Shown: piece after piece, positions 1-11,166 of the stretch
Position numbering within the stretch: the stretch's first letter is position 1
Layout of the letters: each line of letters opens with the position of its first letter
From: Octopus sinensis
Taxonomy: Eukaryota
Reading direction: 5' to 3'
Length of the DNA stretch: 64,000 nucleotides
Assembly (NCBI RefSeq): GCF_006345805.1
Contig: NC_042999.1
Coordinates: 146,258,001 to 146,322,000, forward strand
Program-made: the position numbers and the translations under genes
The notes under the pieces: model-generated
Database searches by the model: none
The model's input: only the letters and a program-made list of their open reading frames with translations
Told to the model about the DNA's origin: nothing

Positions 1-64
1 AATAATGATAATAATAAAAGATGTATGTCAGTTCTCTCTTTCTTGATCATTCTGCAGTTAAAAA

Positions 65-279
65 ATGAAGAGGTTGCCACAAGACATTATTCCGCCACTT
101 ACTTTCCTGTGCATTTTGGTGACACTATGTCATTGTGAAGAAACGACAGAACCCCTTGAGAATGTGAAAATTGAAATATTAAAGGTATCTGAAAATTGCA
201 AAAGGACAGTGAAACGAGGGGACATGTTAAAGGTGAATTATAAAGGATACTTGGAGAATGGAAAAGTTTTTGATGATTC
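65..279 (+). CDS. FKBP14: FKBP7/14-like ER peptidyl-prolyl isomerase, coding exon 1 (signal peptide + N-part of FKBP domain)
   Basis: ATG at 65; hydrophobic signal LTFLCILVTLCHC; VKIEIL..CKRTVKRGDMLKVNYKGYLENGKVFDDS is the FKBP N-terminal motif; donor GTAAGA at 280 (phase 2). An upstream acceptor (tctctttcttgatcattctgcag, ending 57) implies a non-coding first exon outside the window. Confidence 0.93.
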
Positions 280-1980
280 GTAAGATTCGTGTTTTTTATT
301 CATTCAGTCTTCATTCTTTCTTTCTATTTTCTTTCTTTATATCATCCTTTCTGTCTTTCTATGTATATATTATCCAGTTTATCTGTATGTCTCATGAGAC
401 AATGGATCTGCACCCAAAATGGTGAAAAATGTTTCATTTATGTGTGTATGTGATTACATGTGTGTGTGTGATTGCATCAGTGTAAGACCAATAGTTTTTA
501 TACTCTAAAAGTCATCCTTCTCCACACCATTGATGTTGTCCCAGGGTGGGACAAGGATGAGTATAACATAGCTCTAGTGTAATGGCAAGTGTTATCATCT
601 CAATAGAAAAGAGAAAAATAAGAAAAAAAATGACTGGAATTGCTATTGGAAGGTATGCTGTGCAATACTCTTATAGTTTATTTGAAAAACTTCAAACAGT
701 TACTTAGTATTTTTGACTCTGAAAGGATGAAAAGTGAAGTTGGTTTCTTTGCAGAATTTGAATTCAGAGTGCAGAGACCTGGTAAATGTATCATAGGCTA
801 TTCTATCCAATATTTTAATGCTTCTTGAATTCACCAGCATTTTTATATGTAAAATTATTATGAAAGTATTTCGTATTTGGATTTGGTTTGCAAGATTCTT
901 TATGTGAGTTCATGTGTTAAATTATAAGGCACAAAAGAGAATGATTCTTCCCAGATACAACAGAATATTATGAAAATTTTGTGGAGAAAAAAACTGCAAT
1001 AAAGTGCCAGATAAATTGCCCTCCTGTACATAGTTACATAACTTTATGATTGACTATAAAGTGGTTGGAGTTGATATTGTCTTTCATCCTTCAAGGGTCT
1101 GTGAAATATGGACCATGCCAAAGAACATAATTAAAGGATCTGGTACCTCGTTTATGCCAAACATTCTGTATTTAACTTTATGGTGAAGTTAGACATTATG
1201 GTGTTGTTTAAGAAAGAATTGGCTGCTACTTCTAGCTGATCAAGAAAGTTTGCAAGGGTTTTGACTTTATTGTCTTATTCTTGTGTGTGTGTGTGTGTGC
1301 GTGTGTGTGTGCGCATGTGTGTGTGAGTGTCTGTGTGCTTGTGTGTGTGTGTGCTTGCTTGTGTGTGTTTATTTCCATGGTGACAGTTGTGATTTCCTGT
1401 ATGTTGGCAATGGGCACTTCTGATTGGTGAAAATTGCGTACGTTTAAATACATTTTTATAATTAATTTCTAGTGAAAATGAATGTGATTTTTGTCCTCAG
1501 AATGCAAAACTTCCTCAAAATATTTGAAAATATTTGGGGGTCATTTCAGAAAATTTTAATGGTTTGAAAGAATCTATCAAGGTCAGAATATCTTTTACAA
1601 GCATATGCATGTCAAATAACACATACATACAATGCTATCATCAGTAGGCTCATAGAGTACTGTACAAAATGAATGAATTCATACACTCTGATTATCTAAA
1701 TTAACACTAGAACATTTCATGACCAACTGAAAAGTTGCAATATATGTGTGCATTTTCTGCATGTGCATGCATGTATGTATATTGTACACACAAAAGCATA
1801 CACATATACATGCACACACACACACATATATATAATATACACATATAGTGACATATGCACATATCATAATACACATGTGTGCACATGTGTGTGTACATAT
1901 AAATATGTCTGTCTGTCTATCTACCTATCTAGTTATGTGAATATATGTTTGTAAGTCTTTGTCTGTGTGTGTGTGTGTGT

Positions 1981-2077
1981 GGCACCTTGGGCAAGTGTCT
2001 TCTACTATAGCTTCGGGCCAACTTAGATGTAGGTGGATTTGGTAAACGGAAACTGAAAGAAGGTCATTGTATATATA
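1981..2077 (+). mobile_element. SINE family A, 5' part of a copy split by a Helitron
   Basis: ggcaccttgggcaagtgtcttctactatagc...ggaaactgaaagaagg matches the left half of the intact copy at 11167-11610; the right half resumes at 4610. Confidence 0.8.
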
Positions 2078-3077
2078 TCTCTTATTATAAAAGGCAGATT
2101 TTATCTGCCTCCCTTTGTCTCTTATAGAAATCTACAATATAGGATTTCTTCAATTACAATTTACCTAGCATTTTTAAGAGTAGAATACATCGGGTCGTGC
2201 CAGGTACAGTTTTTAAAATTTCACCCCCAATTAAGCCAAATTTCGAGAAAACTCACATTGTGGTGTGTAAGTGAAGTGCTTTTCTTAGTGTGGGCTACAG
2301 CACACACACACACACACAAATGGAGCGAAATGCTTCACTCATGCTATCACCCTAATTTCTCCTCCTTTCTCTTTGCAAGTGTGCAACGATTAAAGTGAAA
2401 GTATTTATATAAAACGAGAGAAGTGTACCTTAAACCACTACTAAAAAAAAAAAACAACACAGCAAACAGAAACAAATAAATACATAACGATTTACTCCTC
2501 ACACAATTTCTTCAATTAGAGTTTACCTATGATTTTTCAAAGTACTTTCATTCGGTTATGGCATACAAAATTTCTTTCAATTTCACCCCCATTTCAGAAA
2601 AAATTCAAGAAAACTAAATATTTTACCATTTCACTCTTTCACTCTGCATATTACTCCCACTTCCTCTTTACACACATAGACACGCAAATATATAAATAAA
2701 ATTGTAAGCTAACGTGTGTGTGTGTGTGTGTGTGTGTGCGTGTGTGTGAGTGTGTGTGTGTGTGTGTGTGTGAGGGTTCGTGTGTGTCTGTGTGTGTGTG
2801 TGTGCGTGTGTGTGAGTGTGTGACAGGGATGAGCCAGTCAGACTGGTCATCCTTTTTGCTAGAAGATCACCTATGGTCTTATATGCTACACCACTGGTTT
2901 TCAGTTCATATTAATCAAATTAATATTCACAACAAGAAGGACTATTCATTATAATATATCAGTTCCACACATTTACCCTGGTTCCATTTCGGACAACTGC
3001 ACAAACATTTGCCATTTCACACATGTATGTAAACAAATTCCTTTCTTAAAAATTTCAATTCATTTTCTTTTTCAATT

Positions 3078-3765
3078 CATACAAAGTTTTTTAGGACGAA
3101 TATAAGATCTAAAGTATATCTAAGTAGCAGAAAGATCGCCCAAAAGTGTATATAGATATTTAAATGTATTTATATATTCATCTATACACAGATGTATGTA
3201 TAATGTGTGTGTATATATTTCCATAGAGGTAACCTTTCACTCCATACAAAGTTATTTAGGACGAATATAAGATCTAAAGTATATCCAAGTAGCAGAAAGA
3301 TCGCCCAAATGTGTATATAGATATTTAAATGTATTTATATATTCATCTATACACAGATGTATGTATAATGTGTGTGTATATATTTCCATAGACGTAACCA
3401 TTCACTCCGCACAAAGTTTTTTAGGACGAAAATAAGATCTAAAGTTATCTCTAAGTAGCACAAAGATCGCCCAAAAGTGTATATAGATATATAAATGTAT
3501 TTATATATTCATCTATGCACACATGTATGTATAACGTGTGTGTATATATTTCCATAGAGGTAACCATTCACTCCATACAAAGTTTTTTAGGACGAAAATA
3601 AGATCTAAAGTTATCTCTAAGAAACAGAAAGATCGCCCAAAAGTGTATATAGATATTTAAATGTATTTATATATTCATCTATACACACATGTATGTATAA
3701 TGTGCATGTATATATTTCCATAGAGGTAACCATTCAATCCATACAAAGTTTTTTAGGACGAAAAT
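3078..3765. repeat. Tandem array of about 4.1 copies of a 165-166 bp unit inside the Helitron
   Basis: catacaaagttttttaggacgaa recurs (with variants) at 3078, 3243, 3408, 3574 and 3740. Confidence 0.95.
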
Positions 3766-4011
3766 ATTTATATATAAAAGAAAGGTTGTGTGTCTGTCTA
3801 CTCCGATTTAGTTTCCTAACTACTCCCACATTTTTCGATGCAGTTTAACCAAACCGGGTATCTTATAGTCGTGATTCATATCGAGCCCTTCTGCATATTA
3901 GCGCGCATCTACAATGAGTCTACGATTTTACAAATAATTTACCATCATTTTTTCCATTTTAATGCATATTTCTTTAAATAAAGGGAAGTAACTCTCAAAC
4001 TTCACACCAAT

Positions 4012-4500
4012 ATGCGTGCTCATATGCGACGTAATATCACATCAGCAGCATTTCCTCACACCCTCCTTGCACTTGGCGAAGGCAAAATACCAGGGGATGA
4101 AAATGGTAATATTGCCATCGATTCCATTTGTACCATTGTTAAGACACCTTCTGATCTCAGAGATGCAGTGTTCCCAGATCTACAAGCTAATTATCAGAAT
4201 ATGGATTGGATTGGCAAAAAGGCTATACTGGCCCCGAGGAATAAAACTGTTCACCATATTAATGATGAAATGCCAAAACTCATTCCTGGGGAAGTCTATG
4301 TATATCAGTCTATCGATACAACTCCTGACCCAGAGGACGTCATCAACTATCCAATAGAGGTACTCAATTCCTTTGAGCACCCCGGACTACCACCACACTT
4401 TCTCAAACTTAAAGTTGGTGCCCCTATAATGCTCATCAGAAATTTGGTTCCCCCAAAACAATGCAATGGCACATGTTTGATTGTTAAGTCCTTATCTCCC
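4012..4500 (+). pseudogene. Helitron PIF1-family helicase fragment
   Basis: NMR...AILAPRN...YPIEVLNSFEHPGLPPHFLKLKVGAPIMLIRNLVPPKQCNGTCL are the diagnostic C-terminal Helitron helicase motifs; truncated at both ends. Confidence 0.9.
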
Positions 4501-4609
4501 ACCGTAAACTTATATCAATATTTGCCTGAATAATCATCATAATTCAGTGCAATCATTAACAGTACTTTCAAGCAATTCAGTCCCGAGCAACGCCGGGCAA
4601 TTCTGCTAG

Positions 4610-4622
4610 TATATATATACAC

Positions 4623-4657
<35 letters not shown>

Positions 4658-4890
4658 AGTGTGTGCGTGCATGTATCTGTGGTATGTTTGTGTGATTGTG
4701 TTTGTTCCCCCACCATCAGTTGACAACAAATGTTGGTGTGTTTACATCCCCATAACTTAGTGGTTCAGCAAAAGAGACTGATAGAATAAGTACTAGGCTT
4801 GCAAAGAATAAGTCTTGGAGTTCATTTGTTTGACTAAAGGTGGCACTCCGGCATGGCTGTAGTCAAATGAATGAAACAAATAAAAGAATA
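4610..4890 (+). mobile_element. SINE family A, 3' part of the copy split by the Helitron
   Basis: TA/TG microsatellite, then ...cataacttagtggttcagcaaaagagactgatagaataagtactaggc...aaacaaataaaaga, as in the other family A copies. Confidence 0.85.
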
Positions 4891-4904
4891 TATTTACATA
4901 CATA

Positions 4905-4943
<39 letters not shown>

Positions 4944-4950
4944 TATATAT

Positions 4951-4982
<32 letters not shown>

Positions 4983-5051
4983 GTGTGTGTGTGTGTGTAT
5001 GTATGTACACACACATATATATAGTACATATATATATATGTACTATATATA

Positions 5052-5300
5052 TGTGATCTCTTGAGCACCACCAGCTCACATATTTTCTCCTCTGTCTTCC
5101 CTCCTTGGGATCTTTCCTTCTCCTTGTTTCCGACGAAGAGCTCCGCTCGAAACGTTAAACCCTCCTTCCCTTCTTTCCTGAGCGTCAATAATACTTTAAT
5201 TGTTCCACGTCCTGCGTTGCTGTGTTTTTTTCTCCTTTTTTCTCTTTTTTTTCTCTTTTTTTTCTCTTTTTTTCTGTGTTTTCTTGTTTGGATTAACTTT
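5052..5300 (+). mobile_element. 3' piece of a non-autonomous Penelope-related element (same family as 49757-50790)
   Basis: Shares gggatctttc..gtttccgacgaagagctccgctcgaaacgt..ttcctgagcg..aataatact..gtttggattaa with 50630-50790. Confidence 0.65.
5126..5160 (+). ncRNA. Minimal type I hammerhead-like motif (U4C core variant)
   Basis: GTTT-CCGACGA-A-GAGC-tcc-GCTC-GAAA-CG-TT-AAAC: stem I 4 bp, stem II 4 bp, palindromic ACGT stem III. Activity untested. Confidence 0.55.
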
Positions 5301-5314
5301 ATATATATATATAT

Positions 5315-5968
5315 AGATAGACAGATAGATAGATATGTGTGATATAAATCCATGAGTGTAAGAACAGGAGTAACTCTGAGCGTTGTTAGTAGATTGGTAC
5401 TTGTTTTACTTGTTCTGTTGACCGGTGCTCATAGCAATGAAAGCAGATAGACAGACAGATAGATAGATAGACAGATAGATAGATATGTGTGATATAAATC
5501 CATGAGTGTAGGTGGATTTTTAGTACTGACGTGTAAGAACAGGAGTAACTCTGAGCGTTGTTAGTAGATTGGTACTTGTTTTACTTGTTCTGTTGACCAG
5601 AGCTCATAGTAATGAAAGCAGATAGACAGACAGATAGATAGATAGACAGATAGATAGATATGTGTGATATAAATCCATGAGTGTAGGTGGATTTTTAGTA
5701 CTGACGTGTAAGAACAGGAGTAACTCTGAGCGTTGTTAGTAGATTGGTACTTGTTTTACTTGTTCTGTTGACCAGAGCTCATAGTAATGAAAACAGATAG
5801 ACAGACAGATAGATAGATAGACAGATAGATAGATATGTGTGATATAAATCCATGAGTGTAGGTGGATTTTTAGTACTGACGTGTAAGAACAGGAGTAACT
5901 CTGAGCGTTGTTAGTAGATTGGTACTTGTTTTACTTGTTCTGCTGAGGTGCTCATAGCAATGAAAGCA
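5315..5968. repeat. Tandem array of about 3.6 copies of a 175 bp unit
   Basis: gatataaatccatgagtgta at 5341, 5491, 5666 and 5841; the first unit is 25 nt shorter. Confidence 0.95.
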
Positions 5969-6552
5969 ACATTTATTTTTTCACTGTCTTTTGTAACTGA
6001 TTTTATCTCTGAGAAAACTATTCCCATATTCAGAGTTGAGTCCAACCCATACTAGCATGGACAAGGAACATAAAATTTCGATGATGATGATGTTGATTAT
6101 GATGATGATGATGATAATAATGATGTGCCTTTGTATCAATGCAAGAAAAGAAACCATTTATATGTATAAACACACACACACACATGTTGTTGCTTCACTG
6201 TTCAATCAATGACAGTAACAGGTTCTCACTTTCACACGCAAATTTTACAAAAGCAAATCGTAAAGACATTCAATGGAAAGTGTTGGAAACCAGAGTGAAC
6301 ATTATGTTAGATTTTCAGACACTGCTGAAAATATCCCAATAGTTTCTCGTTTTGAAATAGTTGCTTAAAGGCATAAGAACGAATTATTTGCAGAATGGAT
6401 TTATTAAAACTAGGGCCTGAATGTAACCAAGTCAGTGAACACATCTGCAAAGAAACCAATATAAATTTACATGAATGTTCACAGATTTGTAGCTTGGTAG
6501 TTTGATATAATGCTGGGGGGGCTCTTTACTGAAATACACCTGACTACTAAAC

Positions 6553-6585
<33 letters not shown>

Positions 6586-6744
6586 TTCAGTGCAGATGGT
6601 TTTTTCAAACGGCACTGTTTTTACCATCTTGTAAATAATAATATTGGTATTTTTATATGAGCTTAAAGCTTATGGCGATCACTGTGCAATGATTAATGAA
6701 AATAGTCTAATAAAGGGGCATGTAAGCCCTCAACAGAAAAAAAG

Positions 6745-6830
6745 TCTTTCCTATCAGTGTGGGAGTCGAACCCACATCCCTTTGTTAACGTGACTAAATG
6801 TGTTACTTTTAAACCAGTGAATCAGACTCC
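6745..6830 (-). mobile_element. tRNA-derived head of a SINE-like element
   Basis: Minus strand reads ...gggatgtGGGTTCGACTCCcacac, a B-box; no full cloverleaf or acceptor stem, so not called a tRNA. Confidence 0.45.
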
Positions 6831-6875
6831 CTTTTCCTGTCAAATTTAAAACTATAACAAATTAACAACTATAAT

Positions 6876-7116
6876 GGGCATATGGTGTAGTGGTTAAGAG
6901 CACAGGCTACTAGCCCCAAGATTCTGAGTTTGATTCCAGGCAATAATAATAACAATAATAATAATAACATCGAAAAATACCTTAGGAATGAGAATCCAGG
7001 TTTGAAATTTCCTCAAGACACCTGATGAAGGCTGGAGGGTATATCAGCCGAAACATTGTGTTAACAACAAGCAAGATGAGGACAGATATCTGTCAAATGT
7101 AAATAATGTAAATAAT
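6876..7116 (+). mobile_element. tRNA-headed SINE-like element carrying a hammerhead-like motif
   Basis: A-box TGGTGTAGTGG, decayed B-box GAGTTTGATTCC, (AAT)n linker, body with hammerhead-like motif, tail aaatgtaaataatgtaaataat. Confidence 0.6.
7018..7061 (+). ncRNA. Minimal type I hammerhead-like motif (canonical CUGAUGA core)
   Basis: ACAC-CTGATGA-A-GGCTG-gagggtatat-CAGCC-GAAA-CA-TT-GTGT; stems I and II pair perfectly; ACAT is one CpG-type transition from the palindrome ACGT. Confidence 0.65.
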
Positions 7117-7271
7117 CTATATAACAATTTGTGTGGGGTTTTTTCTATATGTAAACAAACATTCTGTTTGCATCAAATAAAACATCCTACACTTAGATGC
7201 ATACCATGTAGTGATCATTTGGATACCTCTAGATATCCTTGTTGCTTATCTTGATATATATATATATATAT

Positions 7272-7680
7272 GACAGGCACCCATGCCAACCCCCTTTGCT
7301 TGTGAAGACATGTTGGGGCAAGCGAAATCGAAATCGAATTGAACCAGCCAGGATCCCTGGTCTGGTAATACGTAAAAAGCACTATCCGACTTGTGGCCGA
7401 TGCCAGCGCCGCCTCGACTGGCTTCCGTGCCGGTGGCACATAAAATACACCAATCCGACCGTGGCCGTTGCCAGCCTCGCCTGGCACCTGTGCAGGTGGC
7501 ACGTAAAAAGCACCCACTACACTCACGGAGTGGTTGGCGTTAGGAAGGGCATCCAGCTGTAGAAACATTGCCAGATAAGACTGGAGCCTGGTGCAGCCTT
7601 CTGGCTTCCCAGATCCCCAGTCGAACCGTCCAACCCATGCTAGCATGGAGAACGGACATTAAACGATGATGATGATGATA
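7272..7680 (+). mobile_element. RTE-tail element (5'-truncated RTE 3' UTR or RTE-dependent SINE)
   Basis: Internal ggtggcacgtaaaaagcac subrepeats and the ending ccaacccatgctagcatgg..ggacattaaacgatgatgatg, shared with the 3' end of the RTE LINE at about 19850-19984. Confidence 0.75.
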
Positions 7681-8165
7681 TATATATATATATAATCAAA
7701 TGAATGATAACAGATGTTGGATAATAGTCAGCTTATTACAGCTGTTTCTTACGCATTTTTTAATAGAAGAATGAGAACATTACTTCATTGCAAAAAAGGA
7801 AGTCTGTTGAGGCTTCCTTGACAGTCTTCAACCATGTCCCTGATGTCTTCTTGGGATATTCTTTTGTTTTTGAAATGATGTTTCATCTGAGGATTACGTT
7901 TTTTTGCAATGAAGTTATTATTCATTTGATTATAATACATCATAGGGATTTATGACAATGTTGGGCCCCCTGAGGTATATCAGCAACCTACAGTTAACAT
8001 AATGTGTGCTTTGAACCAGTCCCTAGGCACTAAATACTCATAGTGTTGGTTTTCTTTGTGTACACAATCTGAATATCCTATTTGATATTTATCAACCATA
8101 GGCAGTGACTACAGGTTTATCCAGCCCTACCTGGTGCATTTCTTTTCAAGTACCTAATTCTATTT

Positions 8166-8192
8166 GTATTATTATTATTATTATTATTATTA

Positions 8193-8227
<35 letters not shown>

Positions 8228-8776
8228 TATGTTTGACTTTTGCTTTACATTTGTACAAGTTGGCTCCAAGTCTCACCCAGAGACCTCAAGAGACAACAAG
8301 CTGGAAGTTCATGTTGGTGTTATGCCTAGGGTACCTTATGTTTGGTTTTGTACTTAGTGTTGTACTAGTAAATGTTTAAGAAACCATAAGAAAATATTGT
8401 TTGTTTTAAAACTTGAGATTACATAGTAAGTATTTTGCGTAGGATATGAGCAGTTCCCATGAGCACTATCGTTTGCATTTCTGCCAGTTTTGGGTTTCCT
8501 GGTATCTGAGCTAGGTAGCAATCAGCTCTTTTGCTATCATTCCCAGGGCACCTATGACAACAGGTATTGTTTTAGTCTTCAGGTTCCACATTTTGCTAAT
8601 TTCTATTTCAAGATCTTTATATTTGCTCAGTTTTTGGTAGGTCTTGACAGATACGTTTACATCGATTGGGACAGTCATATCAATGAGGAGGTATGAGTTT
8701 TTTCTGAAGTCTTTTACTATGACGTCTGGCCTATTCGCATCTATCTTTCTGTCAGTTTGAATGGTGAAGAATGAAT
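8166..8776 (-). mobile_element. R4/Dong-like non-LTR retrotransposon, 5'-truncated 3' end with restriction-like endonuclease
   Basis: NRPDVIVKDFRKNSYLLIDMTVPIDVNVSVKTYQKLSKYKDLEIEISKMWNLKTKTIPVVIGALG, then GTAHILRKIL*, a 3' UTR and an (AAT)n tail; (AAT)n lies on both sides. Confidence 0.85.
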
Positions 8777-8829
8777 GAATTATTATTATTATTATTATTA
8801 TTATTATAAGTATATATATATACATATAT

Positions 8830-8875
<46 letters not shown>

Positions 8876-8981
8876 TCATCCTAATTCTAATTTTTATTGG
8901 ACACAGGGGTATCTCTCTTCAATTATGCAACTAATTGTATCAAATCAACAGAAAACATCACTATTCTTTCATGTATTTCAG

Positions 8982-9127
8982 AGAAAAACAAAAGGAGCCA
9001 TTTGAGTTTCAAGTAGATGGTGGAACAATGATTAAGGGATGGCAGCTTGGTTTAAAAGGTGCTTGTCGTGGTGAAACACGAAAGCTAATTATCCCTCCAA
9101 AATATGGGTTTGGTGAATATGGAAACC
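8982..9127 (+). CDS. FKBP14: FKBP7/14-like, coding exon 2
   Basis: Acceptor tatttcag ends 8981; EKQKEPFEFQVDGGTMIKGWQLGLKGACRGETRKLIIPPKYGFGEYGN is the FKBP core (IKGW, CxGExRKLIIPP); donor GTAAGT at 9128; phases 2 to 1 fit the neighbouring exons. Confidence 0.95.
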
Positions 9128-9602
9128 GTAAGTATTTTCTTCTATCATCAATTAATCTAATTAAATTACAAAAAAAAAAAGAGAAAATGTAATTTAGGTG
9201 TAACATCGATTTTCTTCTAGTATTGAGAGAATATAAACGATGATATTATAGCCTGATAAAGCATCAGATTCTGTTTATACATAATGTGATAAAGTGTTCC
9301 CATCAAGAACTGTTGTAAATTAGCATCCAATTACATGATGAACACTCACTGCAGAGGATGCAAAATAACCACAAGGGTAAAATGTGCATAAGGAAAAATG
9401 GCATAAACTACATCTTGCATTTATCATACATTTTCGTTTACTTTTTCTGAGTTTTTTACTGTTGATACTTCTAAGTAAAGCAGTAAACAAACTGCCATAC
9501 TGGAAGTTGATTGGATGATGATACTCTGTGTGGAACTCTAAACTCAACAGTTGTACATCTAACTGTATACACAAGAAACATTATACATACATATACATAT
9601 AT

Positions 9603-10627
9603 TCCTCCTGATGTTCCCCTCACTGCAGTGGAGCTCTCTCTTCTCAGTATGGTTCTCTACTTCATATCCCTCACTCCATCCAGTAATGAATTTCAGATCT
9701 GTACCGATATGCATAGCTTTATATACTGCATCAGGCTATATGCCCTATTCCACAACACTCTACTTGCATCTAATGAAGAGAACTGCTTCACCAGCCTGGG
9801 CTGCTGACCATCGCACTAGATGCCAGTTCCAGGCAGTCGATGATTTTGCAAGCATCTGCCAACATGTTGTGAACCGGTTTAAATTTTGCAGGCGTCCCCG
9901 ATATTTTAACATCTCCCTAGCCAAACTCTTGGTCCCTCAATGTCTCCGACACCGCAAAGACATCATCATAAAACTGGCTGATTAGGGTAGAACCGTGATG
10001 ATGTGGTGTGCAGAAGGGTAGAATTGTGGTGGTGTGGTATGCAGACCTCTACAAGACTGAAGCTCTCCGCCAGCTTCAAGACACCTCCTTCCATTGCCCT
10101 CTACCCTCCAACCCCACACCTAACTACCAACAGACTGTGTCCTCCGCTATCCATGATTTCATTTCCTCCTCCCATCTCCCTCCCACCACCTCCAACCTCA
10201 TTGTCTGCTTTCTACGCACCCTCACCATTTACTTCCTTCCCTCCTAAAATTCACAAGCCCAACAACCCTGGCTGCCCCATCGTCTCCGCGTGGAACTGCC
10301 TCACAGAATTGATCTGAAAATACCACGACTGTGTCCTTGCCCACCCCCTAGTGACTTCATTCCCCTCCCACATCCACGACACTAACCATGCTCTCCGTCT
10401 CTTCAACTGTTTCTCTTTCCCCCCATGCCCCTCTAAACTTCTCTTCACTCTTGATGTCAAGAGTCTATATATGGTGATCCCACACAACGAAGGACTTTTT
10501 GTACTTAAACACTTCCAACCCCCAGCCTGACACCTCCACACTTCTTCATCTGGACAAACTTGTTCTCTCCCTCAACTGCTTCTTGTTTGCGGGGGATTTT
10601 TACCAAAATGTTTCGGGAGTCGCCATG
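9603..10627 (+). mobile_element. Degenerate Penelope-like RT fragment in FKBP intron 2
   Basis: Collinear with 56285-57305 of the large PLE (KIHKPNNPGCPIVS, LFTLDVKSLY, GVAM); stops and frameshifts present. Confidence 0.85.
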
Positions 10628-10870
10628 TATATGTGTGTGTGTGTGTGTATGTGTGTGTATGTGTGTGTCTGTGTTTGTCCCCCTACCATCACTTGACAAC
10701 CAATGTGGATGTGTTTACATCCCTGTAACTTAGCAGTTTGGCAAAAGTGACCGATAGAATAAGTACTAGGCTTACAAAGAATAAGACAAGGGGTTGATTT
10801 CTTCAACTAAAAGACAGTGCTCCAGAATGGCCACTGTCAAATGACCGAAACAAGTAAGAGAATAAAAGAA
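10628..10870 (+). mobile_element. SINE family A, 3' half
   Basis: Internal microsatellite plus gtaacttagcagtttggcaaaagtgaccgatagaataagtactaggc...gaaacaagtaaga. Confidence 0.8.
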
Positions 10871-11166
10871 AATAGGATAAACCAGGTACACACAGCTTGG
10901 ATTAATATCAGAAAATATGGAGAATAAGCTACTGTACAAAATTAGTTTCTGCTGTGATTATATTAGTATTTTAAAAATCTTTCTTTTAATTGTTTCTTTT
11001 CTCCTATCTTCATTTATTTATTTATTTGCAAAACAAAACATTTGTAAAATGCTCTTTAGTTAAAGGGACTGAGCTGAGAATCACTGATATACAAGAAATC
11101 TTTTTTTCCTCAGAGAATTGAAATCATATATTTTGGATCCTTTTAATCTTTTTTTCAATCACCAGA

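Larger units (their letters stand above)
2078..4609 (+). mobile_element. Composite non-autonomous Helitron (2.5 kb)
   Basis: A|TC 5' end (TCTCTTATTATAAAAG at 2078); 3' hairpin CCCG-agcaacgc-CGGG (4582-4597) followed by CTAG|T (4606-4610); helicase fragment inside; flanks rejoin one SINE. Confidence 0.8.

Noticed and set aside
3078-5968. Regularly spaced repeats that might suggest CRISPR arrays
   Set aside because: The units are contiguous with no unique spacers, there are no cas genes, and the context is eukaryotic and intronic.
6716-6736. Minus-strand CTGTTGA-GGGC-ttacat-GCCC
   Set aside because: A core variant and a hairpin are present, but GAAA and stem III are missing.
8935-9192. ORF-track N- and C-terminal extensions of FKBP exon 2
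   Set aside because: Read-through into intron sequence beyond clear splice sites.
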